Assembly (NCBI GenBank): GCA_046726415.1
Contig: JBKPAK010000270.1
Coordinates: 1-24,164, forward strand
From: Candidatus Methylomirabilota bacterium
Lineage (GTDB): Bacteria > Methylomirabilota > Methylomirabilia > Rokubacteriales > CSP1-6
Reading direction: 5' to 3'
Length of the DNA: 24,164 bases
This document shows, piece by piece, positions 10,098 through 18,782 of the stretch. The notes below the pieces were generated by a model. The model made no database searches. It was given only the letters and a program-made list of their open reading frames with translations, and had not been told where the DNA came from. How positions within the stretch are numbered: position 1 is the first letter of the stretch; every line of letters starts with the position of its first letter. The position numbers were made by a program, and so were the translations under genes.

Positions 10098-11294
10098 ATG
10101 GCATCGTTCGCCGCGGTGGTGACCCTCGTGCTCGCGTTGACGCTTAGCCTGGCGCTCCCCGGCGCCGCGCAACCCCTGAGCGGCCCCGAGTACATCCCCC
10201 TCATGCCGTGTCGCGTATTCGACTCGCGCAACAGTTCGCCGTTGGCGGGAGGTGAGACCACCAACGTCCCCATCGCGGGGCTCTGTGGCGTTCCGCCCAC
10301 CGCCGTGGCCGCCGACCTGAACTTCACCATCGTGAACCCCCAGGGGATCGGGCATCTGGCGGTCTTCCCGGCCGGGGCGTCTTTACCCTTGGCTTCGCTC
10401 GTGAACTACATCCCAGGCCAGACGGTGGCCAATGCGGCGGACGTCCTGCTCGGCACGGGGGGCGCCGTCTCGGTACAGCCCCTCACGACGACCAATCTGG
10501 TCATCGACGTGTACGGCTACTTCACCGACGTGGAGGTGCTGGCGGGCCAAAACACCGCCCTGGGGGTCGAAGCCCTCAACAGCATCACCACGGGCCTCGC
10601 GAACACCGCCCTGGGGTGGAGGGCCCTGCTGCTCAACACCACGGGCCTCGCGAACACCGCCACAGGGTCCCAGGCCCTCACGAACAACACCACGGGCTTC
10701 AACAACACCGCCATGGGGACCATCGCCCTCATCCAAAACAGCACGGGCATCAACAACATCGCCATCGGGTTCAGTGCCGGGTCCTTCGTGACGACGGGGC
10801 GTGACAACATCCACATCGGCAACACTGGCGCCGCCGGAGATACCAACCTCATCCGCATCGGCGCCGTGGGCGCCCAGACGGCCACCTTCATCGCGGGTAT
10901 CAACGGCGCCAACATCGGCATGGGGGCGCCGGTGCTCGTCAACGCCAATGGCCAGCTCGGCACCAGCATGTCGGCGGCTGGCTTCAAGGAGAGCATCGAG
11001 GATGTGGGCGAGGGCAGCCGCCGGCTCCTCGGGCTCCGGCCGGTGCGCTTTCGGTACAAGCTGCAACACGACGATCCTTCGCGCCCTGTGCAGTATGGGC
11101 TCGTGGCCGAGGAAGTAGCTCAGGTTTTCCCGGAGCTTGTGTACCCAGGTCCGGATGGTGCCCCATCCTCGGTGCGCTACCATCTCCTGAGCGTTCTGCT
11201 GCTGAACGAGCTGCAGCGGCAGGAGCGGGAAATCGACGAGCTGCGGGCGCAGGTGCGCGCGCTCATCGGTGGGAGGGCGGCTGTGAGAGAGTGA
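10098..11294 (+). CDS. Secreted tail-fibre-domain protein: signal peptide, N-terminal beta domain, 17-aa repeats, C-terminal peptidase S74 intramolecular chaperone domain
   Basis: AGGAGG RBS, hydrophobic leader ending A-A-Q, PCRVFDSR...VIDVYGYF domain, NTAxGxxALxxNTTG repeats, then SAAGFKESIEDV...LRPVRFRYK...YGLVAEEV...VRYHLL and a coiled-coil tail. Intact, 398 aa. Confidence 0.85.
   Translation: MASFAAVVTLVLALTLSLALPGAAQPLSGPEYIPLMPCRVFDSRNSSPLAGGETTNVPIAGLCGVPPTAVAADLNFTIVNPQGIGHLAVFPAGASLPLASLVNYIPGQTVANAADVLLGTGGAVSVQPLTTTNLVIDVYGYFTDVEVLAGQNTALGVEALNSITTGLANTALGWRALLLNTTGLANTATGSQALTNNTTGFNNTAMGTIALIQNSTGINNIAIGFSAGSFVTTGRDNIHIGNTGAAGDTNLIRIGAVGAQTATFIAGINGANIGMGAPVLVNANGQLGTSMSAAGFKESIEDVGEGSRRLLGLRPVRFRYKLQHDDPSRPVQYGLVAEEVAQVFPELVYPGPDGAPSSVRYHLLSVLLLNELQRQEREIDELRAQVRALIGGRAAVRE
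10551..10820 (+). repeat. Coding tandem repeat, 51-bp (17-aa) period, 5 full units plus a partial sixth
   Basis: Units start at 10551, 10602, 10653, 10704, 10755 and 10806 (AACACCGCC/AACATC...). Confidence 0.9.
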
Positions 11295-11460
11295 GCGCTC
11301 GCTCCCGACTCACGACGGTCCTCGTCGCCGCGCAGCTGCCGGCGGATGTGCCCGAAGCCAGGATGCTGCGCGCCTGGCTGGACTCGTGGTCTGGGGTCGG
11401 CCACGTCGTCGATGCCAATGCACGCTCGGGGCTTCAACGAACGGCCCAGGGCGCTCTTCC
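11291..11460 (+). pseudogene. Fragment of a small conserved hypothetical protein (WLDSWSGxG motif), frameshifted
   Basis: The GTG overlaps the upstream stop (GTGA). LRAWLDSWSGVGHVVDA continues after +1 as MHARGFN. The motif is recalled from multicopy hypothetical proteins and has not been checked by search. Confidence 0.45.
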
Positions 11461-11498
11461 TCCGTACGGCCAGGTCGGGGCCTGATGGGCGCAACTCT

Positions 11499-11745
11499 CC
11501 CACGATCACTGTGGATCAACCGGTTGCGCTGTTCGACACGCCGCTCGCGATCGGCCTGGAGGATCTCGTGCCTGGAACGCTCGCGACGATCACCGCCACC
11601 TGGGAGATGTGGGGTCGCGTGTGGCAATCGGAAGCCACATTCCGCGCCGGCAACGCCGGCCGCATCGAAGTGATGCGCGATGCCCCAGTAAGCGGGACCT
11701 ATACGGGCGCTTCGGCGATGGGGCTCTTCTGGTCCGCCGCTCCGA
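11499..11745 (+). pseudogene. Acyl-CoA thioesterase/BAAT N-terminal domain fragment
   Basis: PTITVDQPVALFDTPLAIGLEDLVPG...WQSEATFRAGNAGRIEVMRDAPVSGTYTGASAMGLFWS matches the BAAT N-terminal pattern. The catalytic domain is absent. Confidence 0.75.
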
Positions 11746-11804
11746 TGGCCGGAACTCATCGAGCCGCAAGTCGATGCGTGACGAGATCGCTCACAGGGCT
11801 CGGC

Positions 11805-11961
11805 CCGACTGCTCGAAGTCATCGCGCATGTCGAGTTCGAGATGTTGCCCGGCTTCTACGCGGTCGCGACGCTGATCTGGCGCGGCGCCCGCAAGGAGGC
11901 GCTCGCCTGCGTGCGCGACGGCGGCATCTGGAGTCCTCTCGCCCCGCCGGGTTCGCGCTGA
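11805..11961 (+). pseudogene. Short hypothetical protein fragment
   Basis: An unlisted frame reads RLLEVIAHVEFEMLPGFYAVATLIWRGARKEALACVRDGGIWSPLAPPGSR*, which is protein-like with GC3-rich codons and has no start. Confidence 0.3.
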
Positions 11962-12120
11962 ATCTTCGGGTGTGAGGTCGGCTACACGTTCAACTCCGCC
12001 GTCTGGGGTCCTATCTCGCCACGAAGGGGATCGGCCGCCCGCATCGCCATCGGGCCCGTGAAGATCGCCGGGCTGCGCGCGTACAAGAGGTATGGCAGGA
12101 ACGCTCGAGGAGCGACTTCG

Positions 12121-12175
12121 GGCGGTCGACCGCCGTTCGACATGAGTTGACGGCACCGAGCGTGCGCGTGATGAT
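12121..12175 (+). promoter_or_regulatory. Candidate promoter with upstream palindromic operator
   Basis: Perfect 14-bp palindrome GGCGGTCGACCGCC (12121-12134), then TTGACG (12147-12152), N17, GATGAT (12170-12175), 40 nt before ATG 12215. Confidence 0.45.
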
Positions 12176-12214
12176 CCGCTTGCCTTCGATCGCCTCGGAC
12201 CGGGAGATTGAGAG

Positions 12215-13147
12215 ATGAAGAAGAAGCTTGTGCTCGAATCCACCCAACCGTTTCAGGGCCTCCCCGAGCTGGTCGCCTACGACGAGGGGTTGTTCGAGAA
12301 GGAAGGGCTCCTCGTCGAATGGGTCGACCGCGAGGCCGGCGGCATCGACCGGAAGACCGAGCGCGACGTCAATAGTCCGACGGGCGTGGATCCGTTCTCG
12401 AGCCACGGACGTCTCTTCGAGCGCGGCGGGGCGGACATGTACAACGCGTGCGAGTGGGGCAACTACTGCCGCGTCCAGGAGACGGGCGTCAAGAGCCGCC
12501 AACTCGGCCGGCGCGCCATCGTCGCGTACGGCGCGTTGGTGGTGCCGCCCGACTCGCCGGTCTACACGCCACAGCAGCTCGCGCACCGCACGGTCGGCCT
12601 GCCCTTGTACTTCGGCACGCACTACCTCGGCCTGCACCTGCTGAGCGGATTCTTGCCGCGCGAGGCGATTGCGGTCTGTCGCGCTCCGGCCGGCTCCCGG
12701 TACCGCCTGGCGTCGCTGCTGAGGGGCGAGATCGAGGCGACGACCGTGACGGAGCCGTACGTGACGCTCGCGGAGAAGAAAGGCTGCCGGACGGTGGCCG
12801 CCGCGTTCTTCCATGGCACCGAGGTCGGCTCCGAGCGGGTCGACGCCCAGACGTACGCGGCGTTCAATCGCGCGGTGCGCGAGGCGGTGCGGCGCATCAA
12901 CGCGAACAAGCGCGCCTATCTCCGCTACTTCATCGACTGCCACAAGGACGATCCTGAGATCGCCGTCCTCACCGTCGACGATCTCCGCGAGAGCCGCATC
13001 GTGGTCTGCGATCCGGCGCCCATCCCGCTCGATGAGATGCAGCGCACCTTCGACTGGCTGAAGAGCTTGGGAATGCTTGAGACGACGGCCTCGCCCATCG
13101 ATCTCGTGAACCTCGAGCTGCAGGCGCAGGCGCATCCCGCCACCTGA
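12215..13147 (+). CDS. SsuA/THI5/NMT1-like PBP2-fold protein lacking a signal peptide
   Basis: LPELVAYDEGLFEKEGLLVEW, LVVPPDSPVYTPQQLAHRTVG, LLRGEIEATTVTEPY, RAVREAVRRINAN. Intact, 310 aa. Confidence 0.8.
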   Translation: MKKKLVLESTQPFQGLPELVAYDEGLFEKEGLLVEWVDREAGGIDRKTERDVNSPTGVDPFSSHGRLFERGGADMYNACEWGNYCRVQETGVKSRQLGRRAIVAYGALVVPPDSPVYTPQQLAHRTVGLPLYFGTHYLGLHLLSGFLPREAIAVCRAPAGSRYRLASLLRGEIEATTVTEPYVTLAEKKGCRTVAAAFFHGTEVGSERVDAQTYAAFNRAVREAVRRINANKRAYLRYFIDCHKDDPEIAVLTVDDLRESRIVVCDPAPIPLDEMQRTFDWLKSLGMLETTASPIDLVNLELQAQAHPAT

Positions 13148-13167
13148 CCGCGCCCGGGAGGGCCGAG

Positions 13168-14577
13168 TCAGGGGGCGACGACCGGCGCGATCGATTCCAG
13201 GAGCCAGCGCGCCAGCGACGTCATCCTTGCGTCCTCGTGCTGCTGCCCCATCACCTGGAGGCCGACCGGCAGGCCGCCCACGCTCATCAGCGGCACCGTC
13301 ACCGCCGGCGCGAACAACATCGAGCTCGGCGCATTGAAGACGAAGTCGCCGGTCGGACGCGGTGCCAGCGGCTGACCCGGGACGTCGCCAGACCAGAGTG
13401 GCGCGGCGCCCGGGCATGACAGCGTGATCACCGCGTCGGCGAGCGGGCCGACCGCGGCGTGGCGCAGCTGCGCGGTCGCGCGCTCGATCAGCGCCGCGCG
13501 GTAGTCGTCCGGAGTCATCGCTTCCGCCTTCGCGAGCGCCGCCTTCGCGCGGGCGCTCACGCCATCCGGATGCTCGTCGACCAGGTTGCGGGTGTTCCAG
13601 CGGTTCTCCCAGCTCGTGATGGCGTTGCAGAGCGCGCGCCCGTTCGCGATGGCAACTTCCAGCGCCTCGATCAGGGCGTGATCGCGACGGCGCAGCAGCG
13701 TGACGCCCGCGCGCCGGACATTCTCCAGCAGCGCCTCGAACGCCGATCGATCTGCGCCCTCGAGCCCGGCCCAGCCCTCGGTCTCCAGCACGATGAGGCG
13801 CTCCGGCTTCACCGCCGCCGGCGCCGTCGATGGGCCCATCAGCCCGAGGCAGCCGCGGTCGCCGCCCACGCGGCGCGCGATCTCGATCGCGACCTGCCAC
13901 ATGTCCTCGATCGACCCGGCGTGCACACCGTGGGTGCTCATGCTCGTGGCCTGCCGCTCGCCGCGGTTGATGCCGCCCTGCGTCGGCTTGAGCGCGACGT
14001 TACCGCAGAACGCCGCGGGACGGATGATCGATCCCCCGACCTGTGTGCCGATCGCGGCGGGCACCATGCGCGCGGCGACGGCGGCCGCCGAGCCGGACGA
14101 CGAGCCCCCAGGCGTGCGCGCCGGCTCGAACGGGTTCGTGGTGGGCCCGGGATGCGATCCGCCGATCTCGGCCGTGACGGTCTTGCCGAGAATCACCGCG
14201 CCGGCCTGGCGGAGCGCCCAGACGGCGGCGTTGTCGCGCTTCGGGAAGTTGCCGCGATACGCTTCGCAGCCCATCTGCGTCGGCATGTCCTTCGTCTCGA
14301 GCAGGTCCTTGATGCCGATGGGCAGGCCGTCGATCGGCGACAGCGGACGGCCGTCCCTCCAGCGCGTGGTGCTCGTATCGGCGGCGGCGCGCCCGCCGGC
14401 CTCGTTTACCACGACGAAGGCCTGCACGACGGGCTCGCGCTCGTTGATCGTCTCGAGGCAGCGCTCCAGATACGCGCGCGGCGTATCGGAGCCGTCGCGG
14501 AACCTCGTGGCGGCGTCGTGGAACGTCAGCGCGCGGAACTCGCGCGGGTCGTAACTTTTCGGCACGGTGGAGATCAT
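13168..14577 (-). CDS. Amidase (amidase-signature family)
   Basis: Start MISTVPK after a GAGGGAG RBS. DGLPIGIKD (Lys), TPGGSSSGSAAAVAA and GTQVGGSIIRPA give an intact Ser-cisSer-Lys triad. The longer ORF-track N-terminus is a shadow of the upstream gene. Confidence 0.93.
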   Translation of the reverse strand: MISTVPKSYDPREFRALTFHDAATRFRDGSDTPRAYLERCLETINEREPVVQAFVVVNEAGGRAAADTSTTRWRDGRPLSPIDGLPIGIKDLLETKDMPTQMGCEAYRGNFPKRDNAAVWALRQAGAVILGKTVTAEIGGSHPGPTTNPFEPARTPGGSSSGSAAAVAARMVPAAIGTQVGGSIIRPAAFCGNVALKPTQGGINRGERQATSMSTHGVHAGSIEDMWQVAIEIARRVGGDRGCLGLMGPSTAPAAVKPERLIVLETEGWAGLEGADRSAFEALLENVRRAGVTLLRRRDHALIEALEVAIANGRALCNAITSWENRWNTRNLVDEHPDGVSARAKAALAKAEAMTPDDYRAALIERATAQLRHAAVGPLADAVITLSCPGAAPLWSGDVPGQPLAPRPTGDFVFNAPSSMLFAPAVTVPLMSVGGLPVGLQVMGQQHEDARMTSLARWLLESIAPVVAP

Positions 14578-14588
14578 CGGTCTCCCTC

Positions 14589-15527
14589 TCAGCTCAGGCT
14601 GCCGGGATGGTCTGTCCAGATACTGGGCTCGAGTCGCAGCGACGTCGCGGCGGGATACGCGGCAGTGAACCAGCGCGCGCACGCGCTGGCGGTCGCGTTC
14701 CACGCGCGCGGTTCGCTCGTCGCGCGCGCCAACACGTCTTCCAGGAGCCCGAGCCGCCCGCCCCACGCGAGAAGGTGCGGATGAATGGTGATCGCGAAGC
14801 AGCGGCCGAACGCCCGCGCGGCCTCGAGCTCCCGGATCCAGTTCGTGTGAAGCGGCGCGGGGCGCTCGAGCCCGGAGCCCTTGCCCGGCGCCGGGAACAT
14901 CAGGAAGAACTGGTCGTCGAAGTGCGGGTAATAGGGCATCGACAGGAGCGAGCGACGGGTCGCGAAGTCCGTCACCCAGTAGTACGGGATGTCGTCGGCG
15001 AGCCCGTTGCCGAAGTACTCGTAGCCGGCGTCGATCAGAAGATCGATCGTGTGCGGGCTCACCTGCCCGCCGGCGTATCGATCGCCGGGCCGCGGCAGGG
15101 AATACCAGCCGTGAGGACGCGCCCCGCCGATCTTGGCGAGCGTCTCGGTCGTCCGCGCGATCCGCCCCTGCTCCTCCGCGCGCGCCAGGCGGCCCGGGTC
15201 CTCGTGCCGCTCGCCGTGCGCCGCGACCTCGTGGCCGCGCGCGGTGATCTCGCGAACGCGCTCCGGCCACGTCTCGGCGATGATCGCCGGCGTCGCGAAC
15301 GTCGCGGCGACGCGATGGCCCTCGAAGGCGTCGAGCAGCCGCCGGATCCCGACGTGCATGCCGTACTCGGTGTCCTCGGCCTCGAGCTCTTTCGGCGTGA
15401 TGCCGTCCGGCCCGCATGCCGGGCTCAGATCGACGGTGACGATGAGCGCACAGGGCGCGCCGTCGGGCCACTCGACACGATCGAGCGTCCGCTCGTCGCT
15501 GGTCGTGTAGCGGTCCTTCCACGGCAT
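14589..15527 (-). CDS. Polysaccharide deacetylase (CE4, PuuE/PgdA-like), second paralogue
   Basis: Start MPWKD 2 nt after the upstream stop. WPDGAPCALIVTVDLS, EYGMHVGIRRLL, ATFATPA, GHEVAAHGERH, DDIPY, ITIHPH. Confidence 0.88.
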   Translation of the reverse strand: MPWKDRYTTSDERTLDRVEWPDGAPCALIVTVDLSPACGPDGITPKELEAEDTEYGMHVGIRRLLDAFEGHRVAATFATPAIIAETWPERVREITARGHEVAAHGERHEDPGRLARAEEQGRIARTTETLAKIGGARPHGWYSLPRPGDRYAGGQVSPHTIDLLIDAGYEYFGNGLADDIPYYWVTDFATRRSLLSMPYYPHFDDQFFLMFPAPGKGSGLERPAPLHTNWIRELEAARAFGRCFAITIHPHLLAWGGRLGLLEDVLARATSEPRAWNATASACARWFTAAYPAATSLRLEPSIWTDHPGSLS

Positions 15528-15529
15528 GG

Positions 15530-16345
15530 TCAGCGTCCCGGGGGAAACTGCTCGACGCAATACCGCGCCACGGTCTCGCACGTCGGAAACCACACGCCCG
15601 GCCGGCGCTTCATCTCGGTGATGAGCCGGTCCAGCATCCTGACGCGCATCGCGCGCCCGGAGACGAAGTCGTGGACGCAGATGTTCATGTATTTGGCGTC
15701 GGCGTAGAGCCGCTCGAAGTGTGCGAGGAAGATGTCGTGGACAGCGTCGCAATCCGCCAGGCGCTGCCCGGCGTTCTCGCTCGCCACCCAGCCGAAGTGG
15801 AAATACATCGCGTCGTCGAGCGCGTAGTGGAACGGCAGGTTGAGCACGGTCGCGTCGCCGTCCGTGACGTAGTACGGGATCTCGTCGGCCGCGCCGCTCG
15901 ACGTGTAGACGTAGCCGTCGCGCACGAGGGACGCGCGACGGTGATGGCTGCGCGTCCCGACGGGCCGCCGTCCACTGATCGCCTCGAGCGCCGTCGTCGT
16001 CTTGCGGAGGTGGTCCCGCTCGAGGTCGGGTTCCGCGGGGACGCGATGCTCCCACATGTGGTTGGCGATCTCGAATCCGCAGCGCGTCGCCTCGCGGAGC
16101 GACGCCGGGTAGAGCTCGGCGATCCGGCCGGGCGTGAAGATCGTGAGTCCGATCTGATGACGATGGAACAGCTCGAGCAGTCGCCAGATCCCGGTACGGC
16201 CACCGAATTCGCCCTGGGCCAGCTCCAGCGCGGGCTCACCGAGCACCCGGCGGAAGAGCTGCGCGTCGAAGTCGAGCGTGAAGTTGACGGCGAGCCGCAC
16301 CCCGTTGGGGTACCGCCAGCCGTCGATGTGCTGGTAGCGAGTCAC
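15530..16345 (-). CDS. Polysaccharide deacetylase (CE4, PuuE/PgdA-like), first paralogue
   Basis: YPNGVRLAVNFTLDFD, GEFGGRTGIWRLL, TIFTPG, EIANHMWEH, RPVGTRS, DEIPY, ICVHD. Confidence 0.9.
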   Translation of the reverse strand: MTRYQHIDGWRYPNGVRLAVNFTLDFDAQLFRRVLGEPALELAQGEFGGRTGIWRLLELFHRHQIGLTIFTPGRIAELYPASLREATRCGFEIANHMWEHRVPAEPDLERDHLRKTTTALEAISGRRPVGTRSHHRRASLVRDGYVYTSSGAADEIPYYVTDGDATVLNLPFHYALDDAMYFHFGWVASENAGQRLADCDAVHDIFLAHFERLYADAKYMNICVHDFVSGRAMRVRMLDRLITEMKRRPGVWFPTCETVARYCVEQFPPGR

Positions 16346-16391
16346 CCCGCGAGACTATCAGACGTCGAGCAGCATCCGCGACCGGGACCGC

Positions 16392-17177
16392 TCAGCCCAC
16401 GAACACCCCGCCCGACGGGTGCAACAGCTCTCCCGTGAAATACGACACGTCGTCCGAGGCCAGGAACAGCGCGGTCGCGGCGATCTCGTCCGGCGTGCCG
16501 TAGCGTCCCATCGGGGTGACGCCCATCGCCCAGCGCGAGCGCGCCTCGTCCTGCCGCATGGCCGCGGTCATGGGCGTTTCGATGAAGCCAGGCCCAATCG
16601 CGCTGACCCGGATCCCGCTCGCGGCGAGCTCCTGCGCCAGGCACTTCGTGAGCATCCACACGCCCGCCTTGCTCACGCTGTAGGCCGCGCTCGACGAGGG
16701 CATCCTCGACATGATGGACGCGAGATTGATGATGCTGCCGCCGCGCCGATGCTCGGTCATCCAGCGGGCCACCGCGCGGTTGGAGAACAGCACGCCGTAG
16801 AGGTTGATGTCGATGACTCGGCGAAACTGCTCCAGGGGAATGCTGAGCACCGTGTACGTCTGGTAGGAGCTGGCCCCCGGCACTCGTGGGCCGCCGACGG
16901 CCGCCGCCGCCACGTGGACGTCCACCGCACCCAGCGCGTCGACGCACCGCTTGACCATGGTCTCGTTGGCGGCCTCGTTCGCGGTGTCCACATGAACGGC
17001 CAGCGACTTCCGTCCCGCCGCGTCGACCTGACGAGCGGTCTCCGTCGCGCCGGCGAGATCGAGATCGGCGACACAGACGTCAGCGCCTTCCTCTGCGAAC
17101 CGCACCGCGCACGCCCGGCCGATGCCGCTCGCCCCGCCGGTGATCAGCGCGACCTTTCTCTCGAGCCGTCCTGCCAT
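16392..17177 (-). CDS. SDR family NAD(P)-dependent oxidoreductase
   Basis: Start MAGRLERKVALITGGASGIG after a GGAAAGGA RBS. YSVSK catalytic motif, IGPGFIETPM, PMGRYGTPDEIA. Confidence 0.95.
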   Translation of the reverse strand: MAGRLERKVALITGGASGIGRACAVRFAEEGADVCVADLDLAGATETARQVDAAGRKSLAVHVDTANEAANETMVKRCVDALGAVDVHVAAAAVGGPRVPGASSYQTYTVLSIPLEQFRRVIDINLYGVLFSNRAVARWMTEHRRGGSIINLASIMSRMPSSSAAYSVSKAGVWMLTKCLAQELAASGIRVSAIGPGFIETPMTAAMRQDEARSRWAMGVTPMGRYGTPDEIAATALFLASDDVSYFTGELLHPSGGVFVG

Positions 17178-17203
17178 GTCGCGTTCCTTTCCCTCCGGCG
17201 CCC

Positions 17204-18655
17204 TCAGCGGTCCGCGAGCACGGACGCTGCCGCCTGCTCGACCACCGTCCCCCTGAAGAAGTCCGGATTCACCGTCCCGAAGAACCGCACGGCGTTGGCG
17301 AACGTGAAGTCGCGGAAGTCGTCGGCGTCGATCAGACCATGCTCCACCATCTCGTAGGCTTCGGGCACGACCTCGGTGGTGTCGGGGACGTCGAAATGGC
17401 CGATGTCGGACCCGAACAGCGTGTTGAGCCGCGCGCCGAAGGGGTTCTTCCGGCGGTCGAAGGCCCACGCGTTGATCGGATCGTCGGCCTCGCAGCCGAA
17501 ATAGAACGACGGCACGAAGAGGTCGCGGATGGTCTCGGCCCGATCGATCCGGCATGCGGAGAAGTCGTCGAGCTCCTCGATGCCGCCCGTGGCGAGGGAT
17601 CCTTCGGCCTGGAGCAGCCCCTCGCGATCACGGATCGCCCTGACGATCGCCTCGGGAGCATACTTCTCCGCCAGCTCGACCAGCCGCCGATGGTCGAGGT
17701 TGCTCGGATCGGTGTTCTCCAGCCCGCGTCGATTGCGGCGCTCCCAGTGGCCGATGAGGTCCGCGTAGAGCGTCGCGGCCCAGCCGACCCCGCCTTCGAG
17801 GAAGCCGAACTTGAGCTGCGGAAACCGGCGCGTGACGCCGGCGAGGAACAGCGACTTGCACATGGCTTCCTGTCCCGACGAGAAGTGCCCGATGTGGTTG
17901 TAGACGAAGTTCGTCGGCGACATCCGGAGGCCGAACGAGCGCCCGCCCGTGTGGAACGTGGGCGAGATGCGGAGCTCGACGCACTTCTTCCACACCGGAT
18001 CGTAGTCGTGCTCGCTGTCGATGCCGAGCGTGTCCCGCCGCTCGACGAGCGACGCGACGGCCGGATGCTCCTCGACGATGGCGGGCACCGGGCGCGGGAT
18101 CAGGGCGCCGAACATCGCGACCTTGAAGCCGAGCTGGCGGACGGCGTACTCGAGCTCCTCGATGCCCTCCTCGAGCGTGTGCATCGGGATCACCGCGGCC
18201 GGCGTCAGGCGGTCCGAGAACTCGCGAAAGTACTCCGCGGTGAACACGTTGAACGCGCGACAGGTCGCGCGGCGCACGTCGTCCGGCAGCGACGGCAGGC
18301 TGAGGCCGGCCGTCGGATACAGGACCGAGAAGTCGATACCCAGCTCGTCGAGCCGCTCGTGGAGGAGCCGCGGCATCATCGCCATGGCGCGATCGAGCGT
18401 GTTCTTCGTCGGAAACGCCCAGAACGCCTCCTGCGCGATCCACCGCCGCCGCCGCTCGGCGACAGACATCGACAGCGATTCGCGGATCCGGGCTCGCGAT
18501 TTCGCGAAACCCTCGGCGGCGCGCTCGCCGCCGATGCGTCTGAGCTCGTCGAGGCCCACCACGCCGAACTCCAGCCAGTGCCCGTCGGCATCGACAATCG
18601 GGTGACCGACTCGCGCTCGGATCTCCGCCGCCTGGGAATGGGCGTGTCCACTCAT
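17204..18655 (-). CDS. Amidohydrolase_2 family metal-dependent hydrolase
   Basis: Start MSGHAHS after AGGAGG. VDADGHWLE, SVLYPT, YDPVWKKCVELRISPTFH, RFPQLKFGFLEGGVGW, FGSDIGHFD. Confidence 0.92.
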   Translation of the reverse strand: MSGHAHSQAAEIRARVGHPIVDADGHWLEFGVVGLDELRRIGGERAAEGFAKSRARIRESLSMSVAERRRRWIAQEAFWAFPTKNTLDRAMAMMPRLLHERLDELGIDFSVLYPTAGLSLPSLPDDVRRATCRAFNVFTAEYFREFSDRLTPAAVIPMHTLEEGIEELEYAVRQLGFKVAMFGALIPRPVPAIVEEHPAVASLVERRDTLGIDSEHDYDPVWKKCVELRISPTFHTGGRSFGLRMSPTNFVYNHIGHFSSGQEAMCKSLFLAGVTRRFPQLKFGFLEGGVGWAATLYADLIGHWERRNRRGLENTDPSNLDHRRLVELAEKYAPEAIVRAIRDREGLLQAEGSLATGGIEELDDFSACRIDRAETIRDLFVPSFYFGCEADDPINAWAFDRRKNPFGARLNTLFGSDIGHFDVPDTTEVVPEAYEMVEHGLIDADDFRDFTFANAVRFFGTVNPDFFRGTVVEQAAASVLADR

Positions 18656-18700
18656 CGTTCGGCCTCCTGCCGGAAGGGTGTCGAACGCCGGCATCGGGAA

Positions 18701-18714
18701 TGATACCGTACGCG
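18701..18714 (+). repeat. 14-bp direct repeat copy 1 (TGATACCGTACGCG), possibly an extended -10 promoter
   Basis: Identical to 19586-19599. TG-n-TACCGT resembles an extended -10 element. Confidence 0.55.
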
Positions 18715-18782
18715 CTCCAGTGCCGGTCGGGGCGACCTTGAGCTGGAGCAAGAACTGCTAACCTCTTTTCGTTTGCTTGGGT

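Noticed and set aside
10551-10820. Regular repeats with variable interiors resembling a CRISPR array (also 23889-24164)
   Set aside because: The period is 51 bp (a multiple of 3), the repeats are degenerate at codon level, they lie in frame in a protein, and there are no cas genes.
10098-11294. Prophage remnant
   Set aside because: There are no capsid, terminase, tail or phage integrase genes, and the protein has a signal peptide.
13148-13167. Bidirectional terminator between convergent genes
   Set aside because: The gap is only 20 bp with no convincing hairpin or U-tract.
12011-13900. 629-aa minus-strand ORF and other long Arg/Pro/Ala-rich ORFs (4571..5488, 13459..14784, 17339..18703, 17628..19019)
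   Set aside because: They are off-frame or antisense shadows of well-supported genes in high-GC DNA and have no family motifs.
13168-14577. gatA assignment
   Set aside because: There is no gatB or gatC and the context is catabolic, so only a generic amidase call is supported.
13168-15522. 784-aa amidase fusion suggested by the ORF track (and extended starts of 14589..16055, 16392..17555, 17204..18751)
   Set aside because: The extensions overlap upstream genes in other frames. Internal ATGs with RBS or close coupling give normal-length proteins.
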